Assembly (NCBI GenBank): GCA_963840445.1
Contig: CAWIZC010000011.1
Location: 82,841 to 146,840 of the forward strand
Origin: an uncultured Alphaproteobacteria bacterium
GTDB lineage: Bacteria; Pseudomonadota; Alphaproteobacteria; Rhizobiales; Hyphomicrobiaceae
Direction of reading: 5' to 3'
DNA: 64,000 nt
Part shown: positions 52,799 to 63,398 of the stretch, in pieces
Layout of the letters: each line of letters starts with the position of its first letter
Position numbering within the stretch: the first letter of the stretch is position 1
Program-made: the position numbers and the translations under genes
Notes under the pieces: model-generated
What the model saw: the letters and a program-made list of their open reading frames with translations, nothing else
What the model was told of the DNA's origin: nothing
The model's database searches: none

Positions 52799-55267
52799 GT
52801 GCCCGCATTCTCGCAAAGTCTTGAAACCGCCCTGCATCGCGCCCTCGAGTACGCCAACGAGCGCCACCACGAGTACGCCACGCTCGAGCATCTCCTGCTG
52901 TCGCTCCTGGACGACCGCGACGCCGCGGCCGTCATGCGCGCCTGCTCCGTCGATCTCGACGGCCTGCGGGCCCGCATCGTCGAATACATCGACAACGAGC
53001 TGACCTCGCTGTTCCTGAAGGGCTCCACCGAGGCCCAGCCCACCACCGGCTTCCAGCGCGTCATCCACCGCGCGGTCGTGCACGTGCAGTCCTCCGGACG
53101 CGAGGAAGTGACAGGCGCCAACGTGCTGGTCGCCATCTTCGCCGAGCGCGAGAGTCACGCCGCCTTCTTCCTGCAAGAGCAGGAGATGACGCGCTTCGAC
53201 GCCGTGCAGTACATCAGCCACGGCATCGCCAAGCGGCCGGGCATGACCGATCCGAAGTCCGTGCGCGGCGTCGACGAGGATGCCGGCGCGTCGGAGACGC
53301 GCGAGGAGAAAAAGCAGCCGCAGGATGCCCTCAACACCTACTGCGTCAACCTGAACAAGAAGGCCAAGGGCGGACGCATCGACCCGCTGATCGGGCGCGA
53401 GCAGGAGGTGCTGCGCACCATCCAGGTGCTGTGCCGCCGGCAGAAGAACAACCCGCTGTTCGTGGGCGACCCCGGCGTCGGCAAGACTGCCATCGCCGAA
53501 GGTCTGGCGCGCAAGATCGTGCAGGGTGATGTACCGGAGGTGCTGAAGGACTCGACCATCTTCGCTCTCGACATGGGCGCGCTGCTGGCCGGCACCCGCT
53601 ATCGCGGCGACTTCGAGGAACGCCTCAAGGCGGTGATGAAGGAAGTCGAGAACTATCCGGGCGCCATCCTGTTCATCGATGAGATCCACACCGTGATCGG
53701 CGCAGGAGCCACCTCCGGCGGCGCCATGGATGCGTCCAATCTGCTCAAGCCGGCGCTGCAGTCGGGCACCGTGCGCTGCATCGGCTCGACCACCTACAAG
53801 GAGTATCGCCAGCACTTCGAGAAGGACCGCGCGCTGGTGCGGCGCTTCCAGAAGATCGACATCAAGGAACCGACGATCGAGGATTCCATCGAGATCCTCA
53901 GGGGCCTGAAGCCGGTGTTCGAGGAGTACCACAAGCTCAAATATACGGGCGAAGCCATCAAGGCGGCCGTCGAGCTGTCGGCCAAGTACATCCACGACCG
54001 CAAGCTGCCCGACAAGGCCATCGACGTGATCGACGAGACGGGCGCCTCGCAGATGCTGGTGCCGGAGAACAAGCGCAAGAAGAAGATCGGCATCAGGGAG
54101 GTCGAGGCGACTGTCGCCACCATGGCCCGCATCCCGCCCAAGACCATCACCAAGTCGGACGCCGAGGTGCTGGCCGCTATCGACAAGGATCTGAAGCGGC
54201 TGGTGTTCGGTCAGGACAAGGCGATCGAGGCGCTGGCCAGCACCATCAAGCTGTCGCGCGCCGGCCTGCGCGAGCCGGAGAAGCCGATCGGCTGCTATCT
54301 GTTCTCGGGGCCGACCGGTGTCGGCAAGACCGAGGTCGCCAAGCAGCTGGCCGCGCTGATGGGCGTCGAGCTGCTGCGCTTCGACATGTCCGAGTACATG
54401 GAGAAGCACACGGTTTCGCGTCTGATCGGCGCCCCGCCCGGCTACGTCGGCTTCGACCAGGGCGGGTTGCTGACCGACGGCGTCGACCAGCACCCGCATT
54501 CGGTGCTGCTGCTCGACGAGATCGAAAAGGCGCATCCGGACCTGTTCAATATCCTCCTGCAGGTGATGGATCACGGCAAGCTGACCGACCACAACGGCAA
54601 GTCGGTCAACTTCCGCAACGTCATCCTGATCATGACCACCAACGCCGGCGCGTCCGACATGGCGCGGCCGCCGATGGGCTTCAATCGCACCAAGCGCGAG
54701 GGCGACGACATGGAGGCGGTGAACCGTATGTTCACGCCCGAGTTCCGCAACCGTCTGGACGCGGTGATCCCCTTCTCCGGCCTGCCGCCGGAGGTGATCA
54801 TGAAGGTGGTCGAGAAGTTCGTCTTCCAGCTCGAGGCGCAGCTGGCCGACCGTGGCGTCACCATCGAGCTGACCGACGAGGCCACCAAGTGGCTGGCCGA
54901 GACCGGCTACGACGAAAAGTTCGGCGCCCGGCCGCTCGCCCGCGTCATCCAGGAGCACATCAAGAAGCCGCTGGCCGACGAACTGCTGTTCGGCAAGCTG
55001 CTGCATGGCGGCACGGTGCGCGTACTGGTGACCGGCGAGGGCCAGGAGAAGAAGCTCAGCCTTCGAGTACATCCCCGCCGACCCCGCGCTCAGGGCCAAG
55101 AAGGCCAAGAGTGAGGAGGACGACGACGGCGAGGATGAGGACGGCGAGGGCGCGGCGCTGGTCGAAGCATCCCCGCGCAAGGCCCTGCCAGGCCCGAAGG
55201 ACAAGAAGGACCGCCCGAAATCGAGCGGCGGTACCGTGCCGATCGTCCCGCGCCGCAAGGACGACTG
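52799..55267 (+). pseudogene. clpA: ATP-dependent Clp protease ATP-binding subunit ClpA, 1-nt frameshift ~55063 near 3' end
   Basis: 771 codons intact (two AAA+ modules, GDPGVGKT and GPTGVGKT Walker A); after …EKKLS the conserved tail FEYIPADPALRAKKAKSEEDDD…PIVPRRKDD continues in +1 frame to stop at 55265-55267. Confidence 0.85.
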
Positions 55268-55611
55268 AGGCGGTGTGCGTTGGGTTGCGGCAGCGACCGT
55301 AACCCAACGCCAGCAAACCAAGCCCGCTCCGCTTTGGCTTGCAGCGAATACCTCGGCTACCGCCCTGCTGCAGCACCCCGGGCATGACGCAGTGCGTCTA
55401 ACGCACGCGTTGCCTTCAGGCCATCCCCGAATATTCCCTCCGGCCGGCATGACCGAGTATGCGGCGGCAGCCGCCACATCCCGCGTCGATCGACCGAGCC
55501 GTCGGGCAAGGTCTGCTTGCCGCAGTCGACGCTCCGAACTCACCGCAATCTATGTGCGCGGTATTGCGTGGAGCATTCCCGGAGCTGACATAGGCGTTCG
55601 GCAGAGTTCGG

Positions 55612-56861
55612 CTACGCCTTGGCCTTCGCCGCAACCTCGGCTGAGCCATACCGTCGGGCCACATAGCTCTCGACGATGTCCTTGAACTCGGCGGCGATGT
55701 TGGCCCCGCGCAGGGTCATGGCCTTCTTGCCGTCGATGAACACCGGCGCGGACGGCGCCTCGCCGGTGCCGGGCAGCGAGATGCCGATGTCGGCATGCTT
55801 GGATTCGCCCGGCCCGTTGACGATGCAGCCCATCACCGCGAGGTTGAGGCGTCTCCACACCGGGATAGCTCTTGCGCCACTCCGGCATGCGCTGTGCGCA
55901 CATAGCCCTGGATCTCGCCGGCCAGCTCCTGGAATACGGTCGAGGTGGTGCGCCCGCAGCCGGGGCAGGCGGCCACGATCGGCACGAACGAGCGAAAGCC
56001 CATGGTCTGCAGGATCTCCTGCGCCACGCGCACCTCCTGCGTGCGGTCGCCGCCGGGCTCAGGCGTGAGCGAGACGCGGATGGTGTCGCCGATACCCTGC
56101 TGCAGCAGCAGCCCCATCGCCGCCGACGAGGCGACGATGCCCTTCGAGCCCATGCCGGCTTCCGTCAAACCGAGATGCAGGGCGTAGCGGCAGCGCGCCG
56201 CCAGCATGGTGTAGACGCTGACCAGGTCCTGCACGGCGCTGACCTTGGCCGAGATGATGATGCGCTCGGGGCCCAGGCCCAGCTGCTCGGCGCGCTCGGC
56301 CGACAGCAGACCCGACTGGACGATCGCCTCGTGCATGATGGCGCGGGCATCCTTGGGCTCCGGCGAAGTCGCGTTCTCGTCCATCAGCCGGGTCAGCAGC
56401 TCCTGGTCGAGGCTGCCCCAGTTGACGCCGATGCGCACCGGCTTGCCGTAGCGCATGGCGAGTTCGACGATCTCGGAGAACTGCCGGTCGCGCTTGGCCT
56501 TGAAGCCGACATTGCCGGGATTGATGCGATATTTGTCGAGCGCCTCGGCGCAGGCCGGGTTCTCGGCTAACAGCGTGTGGCCGTTGTAGTGGAAGTCGCC
56601 CACCAGCGGCACCGTAACGCCCATCTGCAAGAGGCGCTCGCGGATGCGCGGCACGGCCTTGGCGGCCTCGTCGCGGTCGACCGTGATGCGCACGATCTCG
56701 GAGCCGGCGCGGGCAAGATCGGCGGTCTGCTGCGCGGTTCCCTCGACGTCGGCCGTGTCGGTGTTGGTCATCGACTGCACGACGATCGGGGCGCTGCCGC
56801 CGACGATCACGCCGCCCACATCGACGGGAATGGATGCTCTGCGCTGTGCCGGCTGGGTCAT
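55612..56861 (-). pseudogene. ispG: 4-hydroxy-3-methylbut-2-enyl diphosphate synthase IspG, two 1-nt frameshifts (~55905 and ~55850)
   Basis: main body in ORF 55833..56900 (…[13 protein letters not shown]…[21 protein letters not shown]); next block [13 protein letters not shown] in a second frame; C-terminus [32 protein letters not shown]… in ORF 55612..55860. Confidence 0.8.
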
Positions 56862-56919
56862 GGCTCGATCGCTGCCGTTGACGACGTCGTATCCTACCAC
56901 GGCGCCATGTCACAATCCG

Positions 56920-57717
56920 CTAGCTACGTTGGCGCAGGATGGTGGGGATGATGGACACCACGAAAAACAGCGCCAGCACCAGCACGATGGACGGGCCGCC
57001 CGGCGTATCGAAGGTGACCGACGCGAACAGCCCGAGCACCACCGACAGCATGCCGAAGATGCCGGCGAACAATGCCATCTGCTCGGGCGTCTCGGATAAG
57101 GGCCGCGCGGCGGCCGCCGGCATGATCAGGAAGGCGATGGTCAGCAGGGCGCCGACGATTTTGATGGCGATGGCCACCACCAGCGCCAGCGCCAGCACGA
57201 ACACCAGCTTCAGCTTCTCGATGGGCAGGCCCTCTGCGGCCGCCAGGTCCTCGTGGACGCTGAGCGACAGCAGCGGACGCCACACGAAGGTCAGCGCCAC
57301 CAGCGCCGCCGCACCGCCGAACACGATCCAGCGCAGATCGCCGACGGTGATTGCAAATATGTCACCGAACAGAAACGCCATCAGGTCGATCTGCTGACCG
57401 CGCACCAGCGACGCCGCGATCACTCCAATCGCCAGCGACGCATGCGCGAGCAGGCCCAGCAGCGAATCGAACGGCACCACATGCTGCCGCCCGAGCACCA
57501 CCAGCAGCAGCGAGATCACCAGCGTGACGATCAGCACGCTGGCCGTCAGATTGAACGAGAACGCCAGGCCAAGGGCGACGCCGATCAGGCCGGCCTGTGC
57601 CACCGTCTCGCCGTAGTAGGCCATGCGGCGCCAGACCACGAAGCAGCCGAGCGGAGCAGCCACGATCGCCAGCCCAAGGCCAGCCAAAAGCGCGCGCAGC
57701 AAAAAGGGATCCGGCAC
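56920..57717 (-). CDS. znuB: zinc ABC transporter permease
   Basis: GTG start; …LGCFVVWRRMAYYGETVAQAGLIGVALG… ZnuB signature. Confidence 0.85.
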   Translation of the reverse strand: MPDPFLLRALLAGLGLAIVAAPLGCFVVWRRMAYYGETVAQAGLIGVALGLAFSFNLTASVLIVTLVISLLLVVLGRQHVVPFDSLLGLLAHASLAIGVIAASLVRGQQIDLMAFLFGDIFAITVGDLRWIVFGGAAALVALTFVWRPLLSLSVHEDLAAAEGLPIEKLKLVFVLALALVVAIAIKIVGALLTIAFLIMPAAAARPLSETPEQMALFAGIFGMLSVVLGLFASVTFDTPGGPSIVLVLALFFVVSIIPTILRQRS

Positions 57718-57730
57718 ATTGGCCTCCGGG

Positions 57731-58618
57731 TCAAGTCTCGCTGCCTGAACGCGCGCCTGGGCGTGCCGGCAGCGGCTCGCCCGCCAGGTCGTGCCGGTGA
57801 TCGTGACGGTGGTGGTAGAGGCCGAAGGCGCGCGCCGCCTGCGGTCCGAACAGCCGCGCGTATTCGGGATGCTGGGCGACCGACTGCGGCACACCCGAGC
57901 AGCATACATGCCGGTTGAGGCAGAGGACGCGGTCGCTCTGCGCCATCACCACGTGCAGGTCGTGCGACACCAGCAGCACGCCGCAGCCGGTCTCCGTGCG
58001 CAGCCGCCCGATCAGCGTGTAGAGTTCGGCCTCGCCTGCGAAATCGACACCGCGCACCGGCTCATCCAGCACCAGCAGCGCCGGCGAGCGGATCAAGGCC
58101 CGCGCCAGCACCACCCGTTGCAACTCGCCGCCGGACAGCTCGGAGAGTTGCCGATCCAGCAGCGCCTCGGCGCCCACCTGCCGCAGCACGCGCTCGAGAT
58201 CCTCAAGACTTGCGCGCCGCCCCAGCTTGACGAAGCGCTCCACGGTCAGCGGAATCGCACGATCGACCTCGAAGCGCTGCGGCGCATAGCCGATCACCAG
58301 GCCCGGCTGGCGCACGATGCTGCCCCCATCGGGCCGCTCGATTCCGAGCAGCGTCCGCACCAGCGTCGTCTTGCCGGCGCCGTTGGGGCCGATCACGGTG
58401 ACGATCTCGCCGGGCCGGATGTCGATGTCGACGCGCTGCAGGATGGCCCGACCCGACCTCGTCACCTCCAGCCCGCGCGCGCTGATGAGTGCCGCCGGCT
58501 CGTGCGCGACGGCTGCGTGGTTGTGCGGGCCATGATGGTGGTGGTCATGCTCATGGCCATGATCGTGGCCGGACTGCTCGGGCCGATGGCTGCGCTCCTC
58601 GAAGGCCAAGGTCGGCAT
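57731..58618 (-). CDS. znuC: zinc ABC transporter ATP-binding protein with His-rich N-terminus
   Basis: …HDHGHEHDHHHHGPHNH…; Walker A GPNGAGKTT, signature LSGGELQR. Confidence 0.85.
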   Translation of the reverse strand: MPTLAFEERSHRPEQSGHDHGHEHDHHHHGPHNHAAVAHEPAALISARGLEVTRSGRAILQRVDIDIRPGEIVTVIGPNGAGKTTLVRTLLGIERPDGGSIVRQPGLVIGYAPQRFEVDRAIPLTVERFVKLGRRASLEDLERVLRQVGAEALLDRQLSELSGGELQRVVLARALIRSPALLVLDEPVRGVDFAGEAELYTLIGRLRTETGCGVLLVSHDLHVVMAQSDRVLCLNRHVCCSGVPQSVAQHPEYARLFGPQAARAFGLYHHRHDHRHDLAGEPLPARPGARSGSET

Positions 58619-58650
58619 GCCGGCCTCGCCCTGCACGTCGCGTCCTTCGA

Positions 58651-59151
58651 TCAAGCTGCAGCCTCCGCGCAGTTCGCGCACACGCCCCACACTTCCACCA
58701 CCGCGCTCTTGGGCGTGAACCCGGCCGACGCGGCGGCCTTGTCGATAGCGGCCAACGCCTTGGTGCCATCTACCTCGGCGATGCGCCCGCAGGTATCGCA
58801 GCTCAACACCAGATGTCGCGTGCGCACATCATGGCCGGCGTGACAGGCAAAGAACGCGTTGCGGCTCTCGAAGCGATGCACGATGCCGGCAGCCAGCAGC
58901 GCGTCGATGGCCCGGTATACGGAGATCGGCGCAAGCCGCTCGCCGCGCTCGGCGAGCTTGTCCAGAACCTGGTAAGCTCCGATCGCCCGATGCGAGGAGG
59001 CGATTTCCCCGAACACCGCCCGCCGCAGCGGCGTCAGCTTCAAACCTTTGTCATCGAACGCCTTGCGCGCCCGCAGCATGGCCTCCTCGAGGCAGCGATC
59101 GTGGTCGTGCTCGGGCGCCGGGAAGGCGTCGGGGGGGTGGGTTTGTGTCAT
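58651..59151 (-). CDS. zur: zinc uptake regulator (Fur family)
   Basis: 166 aa; DNA-binding helix …LTPLRRAVFGEIASSHRAIGAYQVL…; CxxC…CxxC zinc sites (CDTCG…CANC). Confidence 0.8.
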   Translation of the reverse strand: MTQTHPPDAFPAPEHDHDRCLEEAMLRARKAFDDKGLKLTPLRRAVFGEIASSHRAIGAYQVLDKLAERGERLAPISVYRAIDALLAAGIVHRFESRNAFFACHAGHDVRTRHLVLSCDTCGRIAEVDGTKALAAIDKAAASAGFTPKSAVVEVWGVCANCAEAAA

Positions 59152-59307
59152 TTTCGCACTTATAGCACCGGCTGGCCGGCACGCCAGGCGCCACGGTCGG
59201 CAGCCGGATTTCGCCATGATCCTGTGGTGTCAGAGATATGGGTCCTTTCTGGCGCAGCAGGCGGAACTGCGACCATTCGAGCCAACCCGCCGCGGATGCA
59301 TGCGGAT

Positions 59308-60480
59308 ATGACCTCGGCCACTGCCTTGGGATCATCATATTTGATTGCGGCACGCCGGACGGCCCTCGGCCGGCCGGGCGGCCTGCATCGCAGCCGGCGG
59401 CTGGAGGACCTGACAGCCCCGGTTCTGCTCGCAGCCCTGCAGGACGCACAGATTGAGCCGCGCGTGGTCGAGGAGATTATCCTCGGCAACACCACCGCAG
59501 GCTGCAACCCTGCCCGTCTGGTCGGCCTGGCCGCCGGGCTGCGCGAGGGCGTGCCCGGGCTCACCGTCGACCGTCAATGCGCCTCGGGCCTCGACGCCAT
59601 CCTGTTCGCCATGCGCGCGGTGGCGATCGGCCAAGCCGACGTGATGGTCGCGGGCGGCGCCGAATCCGTGTCGACCGCGCCCTGGCGCGTGGCCAAGCCC
59701 AAGAACCTGTTCCAGACGCCGCGTTTCATCGGCCTCGAGCAGGACGATCTCGATACGGCCGACACCTCCCAGACGGTAGCCGCCTCGGAGGAGCTGGCGC
59801 GCCGCCTCGGCATCACCCGCGACCAGCAGGACAATTACGCGCTGCACTCCTTCCTGAAGGCCGAGACCGCGCAGGCCGAGCGCCGCTTCGTCGGCGAGAT
59901 CGTGCCCCTGAAGATGGCCGGTGCCGAAGCCCGCGATGAGCATACGGTCACGCCCGAGATCGACGAGCTGTCCGCGCTCGCCCCGCTGGCAGGCCCCGAC
60001 GGCACGCTGACCAGCGGCAACACCAGCGCCATCCAGGATGGCGCTGCCATCGCCGTGATCGTCTCGGAGCGCAAGCATCGCGAGCTGGGCGCGCCGCGCG
60101 GTCTGCGGCTGATGGCCAGCGCCACCGAAGGCGTCGCGCCCGGCGATGATGCGCGTGCGCCGGTCTCGGCACTCGAGAAATTGCTCAAGACAGCCAACGG
60201 TGTTATCGGCGGCCGGCTCGGCCTTGTCGAGCTGTCGGAGGCCTCCGCCGCTCAGGCCCTGGCGCTCCGCAACACCTTCGAGCTGGACGACGGCGAGTTG
60301 AACCCGGATGGCGGCGCGGTGGCGCGCGGCTATCCGCTCGGAGCCTCGAGCGCCGTCAGCGTCGTGCGGCTGTTCACGCGCCTGGTGCGCTGCGCCGTGC
60401 GCCCCAAACAGACCTTCGGCGCCGTCACTCAGGGCGCCGTCGGCGGCCTCGGCGTCGCCGCGCTGTTCGAGGCGGTCTAG
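59308..60480 (+). CDS. thiolase-family acetyl-CoA acyltransferase-like protein
   Basis: …YLIAARRTALGRPGG…VDRQCASGLDAILFA… active-site Cys; C-terminal …GGLGVAALFE; start may be ATG 59296. Confidence 0.7.
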   Translation: MTSATALGSSYLIAARRTALGRPGGLHRSRRLEDLTAPVLLAALQDAQIEPRVVEEIILGNTTAGCNPARLVGLAAGLREGVPGLTVDRQCASGLDAILFAMRAVAIGQADVMVAGGAESVSTAPWRVAKPKNLFQTPRFIGLEQDDLDTADTSQTVAASEELARRLGITRDQQDNYALHSFLKAETAQAERRFVGEIVPLKMAGAEARDEHTVTPEIDELSALAPLAGPDGTLTSGNTSAIQDGAAIAVIVSERKHRELGAPRGLRLMASATEGVAPGDDARAPVSALEKLLKTANGVIGGRLGLVELSEASAAQALALRNTFELDDGELNPDGGAVARGYPLGASSAVSVVRLFTRLVRCAVRPKQTFGAVTQGAVGGLGVAALFEAV

Positions 60481-60663
60481 ATTCTGTTGCCGCGAAGTTA
60501 CCCTCATTCAATTGATATCTCGCATCGCCGACATCTTCGTGTCCTACGCAGCGCTCAGCGTAAAGAACAGCCGCGCCGTCAATTGACAACACCGCCGGAT
60601 TTGACGATCCATGTGCCCTGGCGTCTCGCCCTTCTACGTCTGCTGTCGATCCTGCGGCAGAAT
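60481..60663 (+). ncRNA. candidate retron msr/msd non-coding RNA (putative a1/a2 inverted repeats)
   Basis: ATTCTGTTGCCGC (60481-60493) imperfectly complementary to GCGGCAGAAT (60654-60663); internal hairpins TACGC-AGCGCTCA-GCGTA (60565-60582); located immediately 5' of the RT gene on the same strand. Confidence 0.3.
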
Positions 60664-60724
60664 AACAAATGCTCTCTTTCGCCGGGGGCAGGCCCCCAGG
60701 CGCTAATAAGGTACGAGGGGCGGG

Positions 60725-62371
60725 ATGCCTGTCGCCGAGAGCCAGGCCGGGGTGAGTGGCGGTCTACGACTGTCCGGGCGGCCGCTGCAGTCTGCGGAAG
60801 ATGTCGCCAAATTCTTCACTGTTCCGCTGGCCCAGCTTCTCTGGACGCTCTATCGCGCCCCCGCCGACACGCGCTATCGGCACTTCGAGATACCCAAGCG
60901 CTCCGGCGGCATGCGCCAGATTCATGCTCCGATCGGCCTCGTCCGTGATCTGCAGGATCGCCTCCACCTCGAGTTGAAGCCGCTCTACCGCGCGCATCCG
61001 AACGCGCACGGCTTTATCGACGGCCGCAGCGTCGCCAGCAATGCGGCCGACCACGCCGGCAAGCGCTGGGTCCTCAACGTCGATCTGGAGGATTTCTTCC
61101 CGAGCATCAACTTCGGCCGTGTGCGAGGGCTGCTGATGCGACCGCCCTTCGAATTGGGTCTGCCCGCAGCGGCGATGTGCGCGCAGATCGCCACCTATCG
61201 CAACGGCCTGCCGCAGGGCGCTCCGACCTCGCCCGTGCTTTCCAATTTCATCGCCGCCACCCTCGACCGGCGCCTGCTGCGGCTCGCCCGTGAGCACAAG
61301 CTCACCTACTCGCGCTATGCCGATGACATCACGTTCTCGACCGATCTGCCGCAGTTTCCTCCGAGCATCGCCGTGCACGAGCAGATCGAGGGAGGAGGTT
61401 TGCGAGTAGCAGCCGGCGAGGCGCTGGAACAGACGATCCGGGCTTGCGGCTTCTCGATCAACGCCAAGAAGGTTCGCATCCAGGGACGCGGCGTGCATCA
61501 GAGCGTGACCGGGCTCTGCGTCAACACCCGGGTCAACATCGAGCGCCAGCGCGTCCGGCGCATCCGCGCCATGCTGCACGCCTGGGGGAAGTTCGGCCTT
61601 GCCAAGGCTGCGGCCGAGCACATGGACAAGTACAGAAGCCCGGGCAGGCGGCCCCGGCACGACGATCACGGCAAGGCCTTCAGGAACATCGTCTACGGCC
61701 ATCTTTCATTCGTGAAGATGGTGCGTGGCCCGGCCGATCCCGTCTATTTGAAGCTCTGCAGCAAGGTGCTCGATCTCGACCCCAACCCGTCCAAGTTCAT
61801 CCGCCAGATGGTGTTCGGCGCCGACGACTACGACATCTTCATCAGCCATGCGAGCGAGGATCGGGCTGCAATTGCGAGGCCCATCTTCGAGGCCTGCGAG
61901 CGGCTGAAGCTCAAAGCGTTCCTCGATGAGGAGCATATCGCCTGGGGCGAGATCTTCACCAAGAAGATCAACATGGCACTTGGCGCCGCGCGTACGGTGC
62001 TGGCCGTCATCTCCAGTACATCGGTCGCCAAGGAATGGCCGCTGACGGAAGTGAACACGGCGCTGACGCTCGAGGTGTCGGGCGATAAGACCGTCGTGCC
62101 GCTGATCATCGGCAAGCCGGACTTGAGCAGGTTGCCCCTCATCCGCGGCAAAGACTATCTCGTGTGGAAGGACGACCCGCTGAGCGTTGCGCTGAAGTTG
62201 CGCGAGGTCGTCGCCCGGCAGAGCGGCGCCCAGGATGGAGCGCACCCCGGCCGGTCCACCGGTAGCGTCCCGACCGTCGCCGTCCCGGCGCAGGTGCGCC
62301 CCCGGGCAGATCGGCCGCCCGCAGATCAACCGCGTTCGTGGCTGCAGAAAATCTTTCGCAAGCCCGATTGA
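60725..62371 (+). CDS. retron-type reverse transcriptase fused to C-terminal TIR domain (RT-TIR, putative anti-phage defence effector)
   Basis: RT motifs: …RHFEIPKRSGGMRQIHAP (1/2), HGFIDGRSVASNAADH (retron NAxxH), LNVDLEDFFPSI (A), LPQGAPTSPVLSN (B'), YSRYADDITFS (C), RGVHQSVTGLCVN (retron VTG); C-terminal …DIFISHASEDRAAIARPIFEACERLKLKAFLDE…VLAVISSTSVAKEWPLTEV… TIR fold pattern. Confidence 0.85.
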   Translation: MPVAESQAGVSGGLRLSGRPLQSAEDVAKFFTVPLAQLLWTLYRAPADTRYRHFEIPKRSGGMRQIHAPIGLVRDLQDRLHLELKPLYRAHPNAHGFIDGRSVASNAADHAGKRWVLNVDLEDFFPSINFGRVRGLLMRPPFELGLPAAAMCAQIATYRNGLPQGAPTSPVLSNFIAATLDRRLLRLAREHKLTYSRYADDITFSTDLPQFPPSIAVHEQIEGGGLRVAAGEALEQTIRACGFSINAKKVRIQGRGVHQSVTGLCVNTRVNIERQRVRRIRAMLHAWGKFGLAKAAAEHMDKYRSPGRRPRHDDHGKAFRNIVYGHLSFVKMVRGPADPVYLKLCSKVLDLDPNPSKFIRQMVFGADDYDIFISHASEDRAAIARPIFEACERLKLKAFLDEEHIAWGEIFTKKINMALGAARTVLAVISSTSVAKEWPLTEVNTALTLEVSGDKTVVPLIIGKPDLSRLPLIRGKDYLVWKDDPLSVALKLREVVARQSGAQDGAHPGRSTGSVPTVAVPAQVRPRADRPPADQPRSWLQKIFRKPD

Positions 62372-62393
62372 GCGCCGGTGCCGCAGACCGCGG

Positions 62394-63398
62394 CTACCAG
62401 ATGCGTTCGATCGGAACCACTTTCTTCTCGCGCACGGAGCGGATCGCCGCCTCGGCGACAGCCTGCGCCCTCAGGCCGTCCCCGAGAGTGGCATAGGCAG
62501 CGTCGCGCTTGCCGATTGCAGCCAGAAACGCGTCGAGTTCGGCCTCATAGGTCGGGCCGAAACGCTCATACCATCCCCCGTGCAGGCCGTCCTCGATGAC
62601 ACGCCCTTCTTTGTAAAGCGAGACGGCCTGTTGGCGCTGGCGCCGCGATACCAGCATCCCCTCGGATCCGAATACTTCAATCATCTCCTCATAGCCGAAG
62701 GCCGTCCTGCGACTGAAGCTGAACGTGGCAATGGCCCGGCTGTCGAAGCGTAGAGTGAGGGCGGCGGTATCGAGATCGCCGTAGTCGGCATAGCCTGGAT
62801 CGATCAGGCAATCGCCGGCGGCAAACACTTCGACGGGCTCGGCACCTGCCATCCAGGCGGCCAGATCATAGTGATGCGAGCCCTTCTCGCGCAGCATGCC
62901 GCCCGAGAACCGGACAGTGGCCGGCGGCGGAGGGGGAGCCTGCGTCCGCGAGACGATGTGGATCATCTCGACCTTGCCAATCTCGCCGGCGCGAATGCGG
63001 TCGTGCACGGCGCGGTGGCTGGTATCGTAGCGACGATTGAAGGCGGTCGCGGCGACCAGCCCGGCCGCAGCAGCGGCATCGACACAGCGCTTGGCGTCAC
63101 CCAGATCGTCGGCGATCGGTTTCTCGCACAGAACAGGCTTCCTCGCGGCTATCACCGCCGAGAGATGCGCACAGTGCGCCGATGTCGAGGACGCGACGAT
63201 TACGGCATCGACCGCCTTATCCTCGAGCGCCGTCGCGACGTCGGAGGCGGCCCGCCCGCCATGGGCGCGGCAGAGCGCTTGCGCACGCTCGACATCCTGA
63301 TCGACCACGTATCTGAGTTCGCACCCGGGATGAGCAGCGACGTTACGAGCGTGCACGCGTCCGATCGTTCCAGCACCGAGGAGAGCGATGCCGATCAC
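62394..63398 (-). CDS. Gfo/Idh/MocA family oxidoreductase
   Basis: MIGIALLGAGTIGRVHARNVAAHPG… Rossmann N-terminus; …EKPIADDLGDAKR…. Confidence 0.8.
   Translation of the reverse strand: MIGIALLGAGTIGRVHARNVAAHPGCELRYVVDQDVERAQALCRAHGGRAASDVATALEDKAVDAVIVASSTSAHCAHLSAVIAARKPVLCEKPIADDLGDAKRCVDAAAAAGLVAATAFNRRYDTSHRAVHDRIRAGEIGKVEMIHIVSRTQAPPPPPATVRFSGGMLREKGSHHYDLAAWMAGAEPVEVFAAGDCLIDPGYADYGDLDTAALTLRFDSRAIATFSFSRRTAFGYEEMIEVFGSEGMLVSRRQRQQAVSLYKEGRVIEDGLHGGWYERFGPTYEAELDAFLAAIGKRDAAYATLGDGLRAQAVAEAAIRSVREKKVVPIERIW

Noticed and set aside
52433-55543. 1036-aa ORF antisense to clpS/clpA
   Set aside because: Artefact of GC-rich antisense strand.
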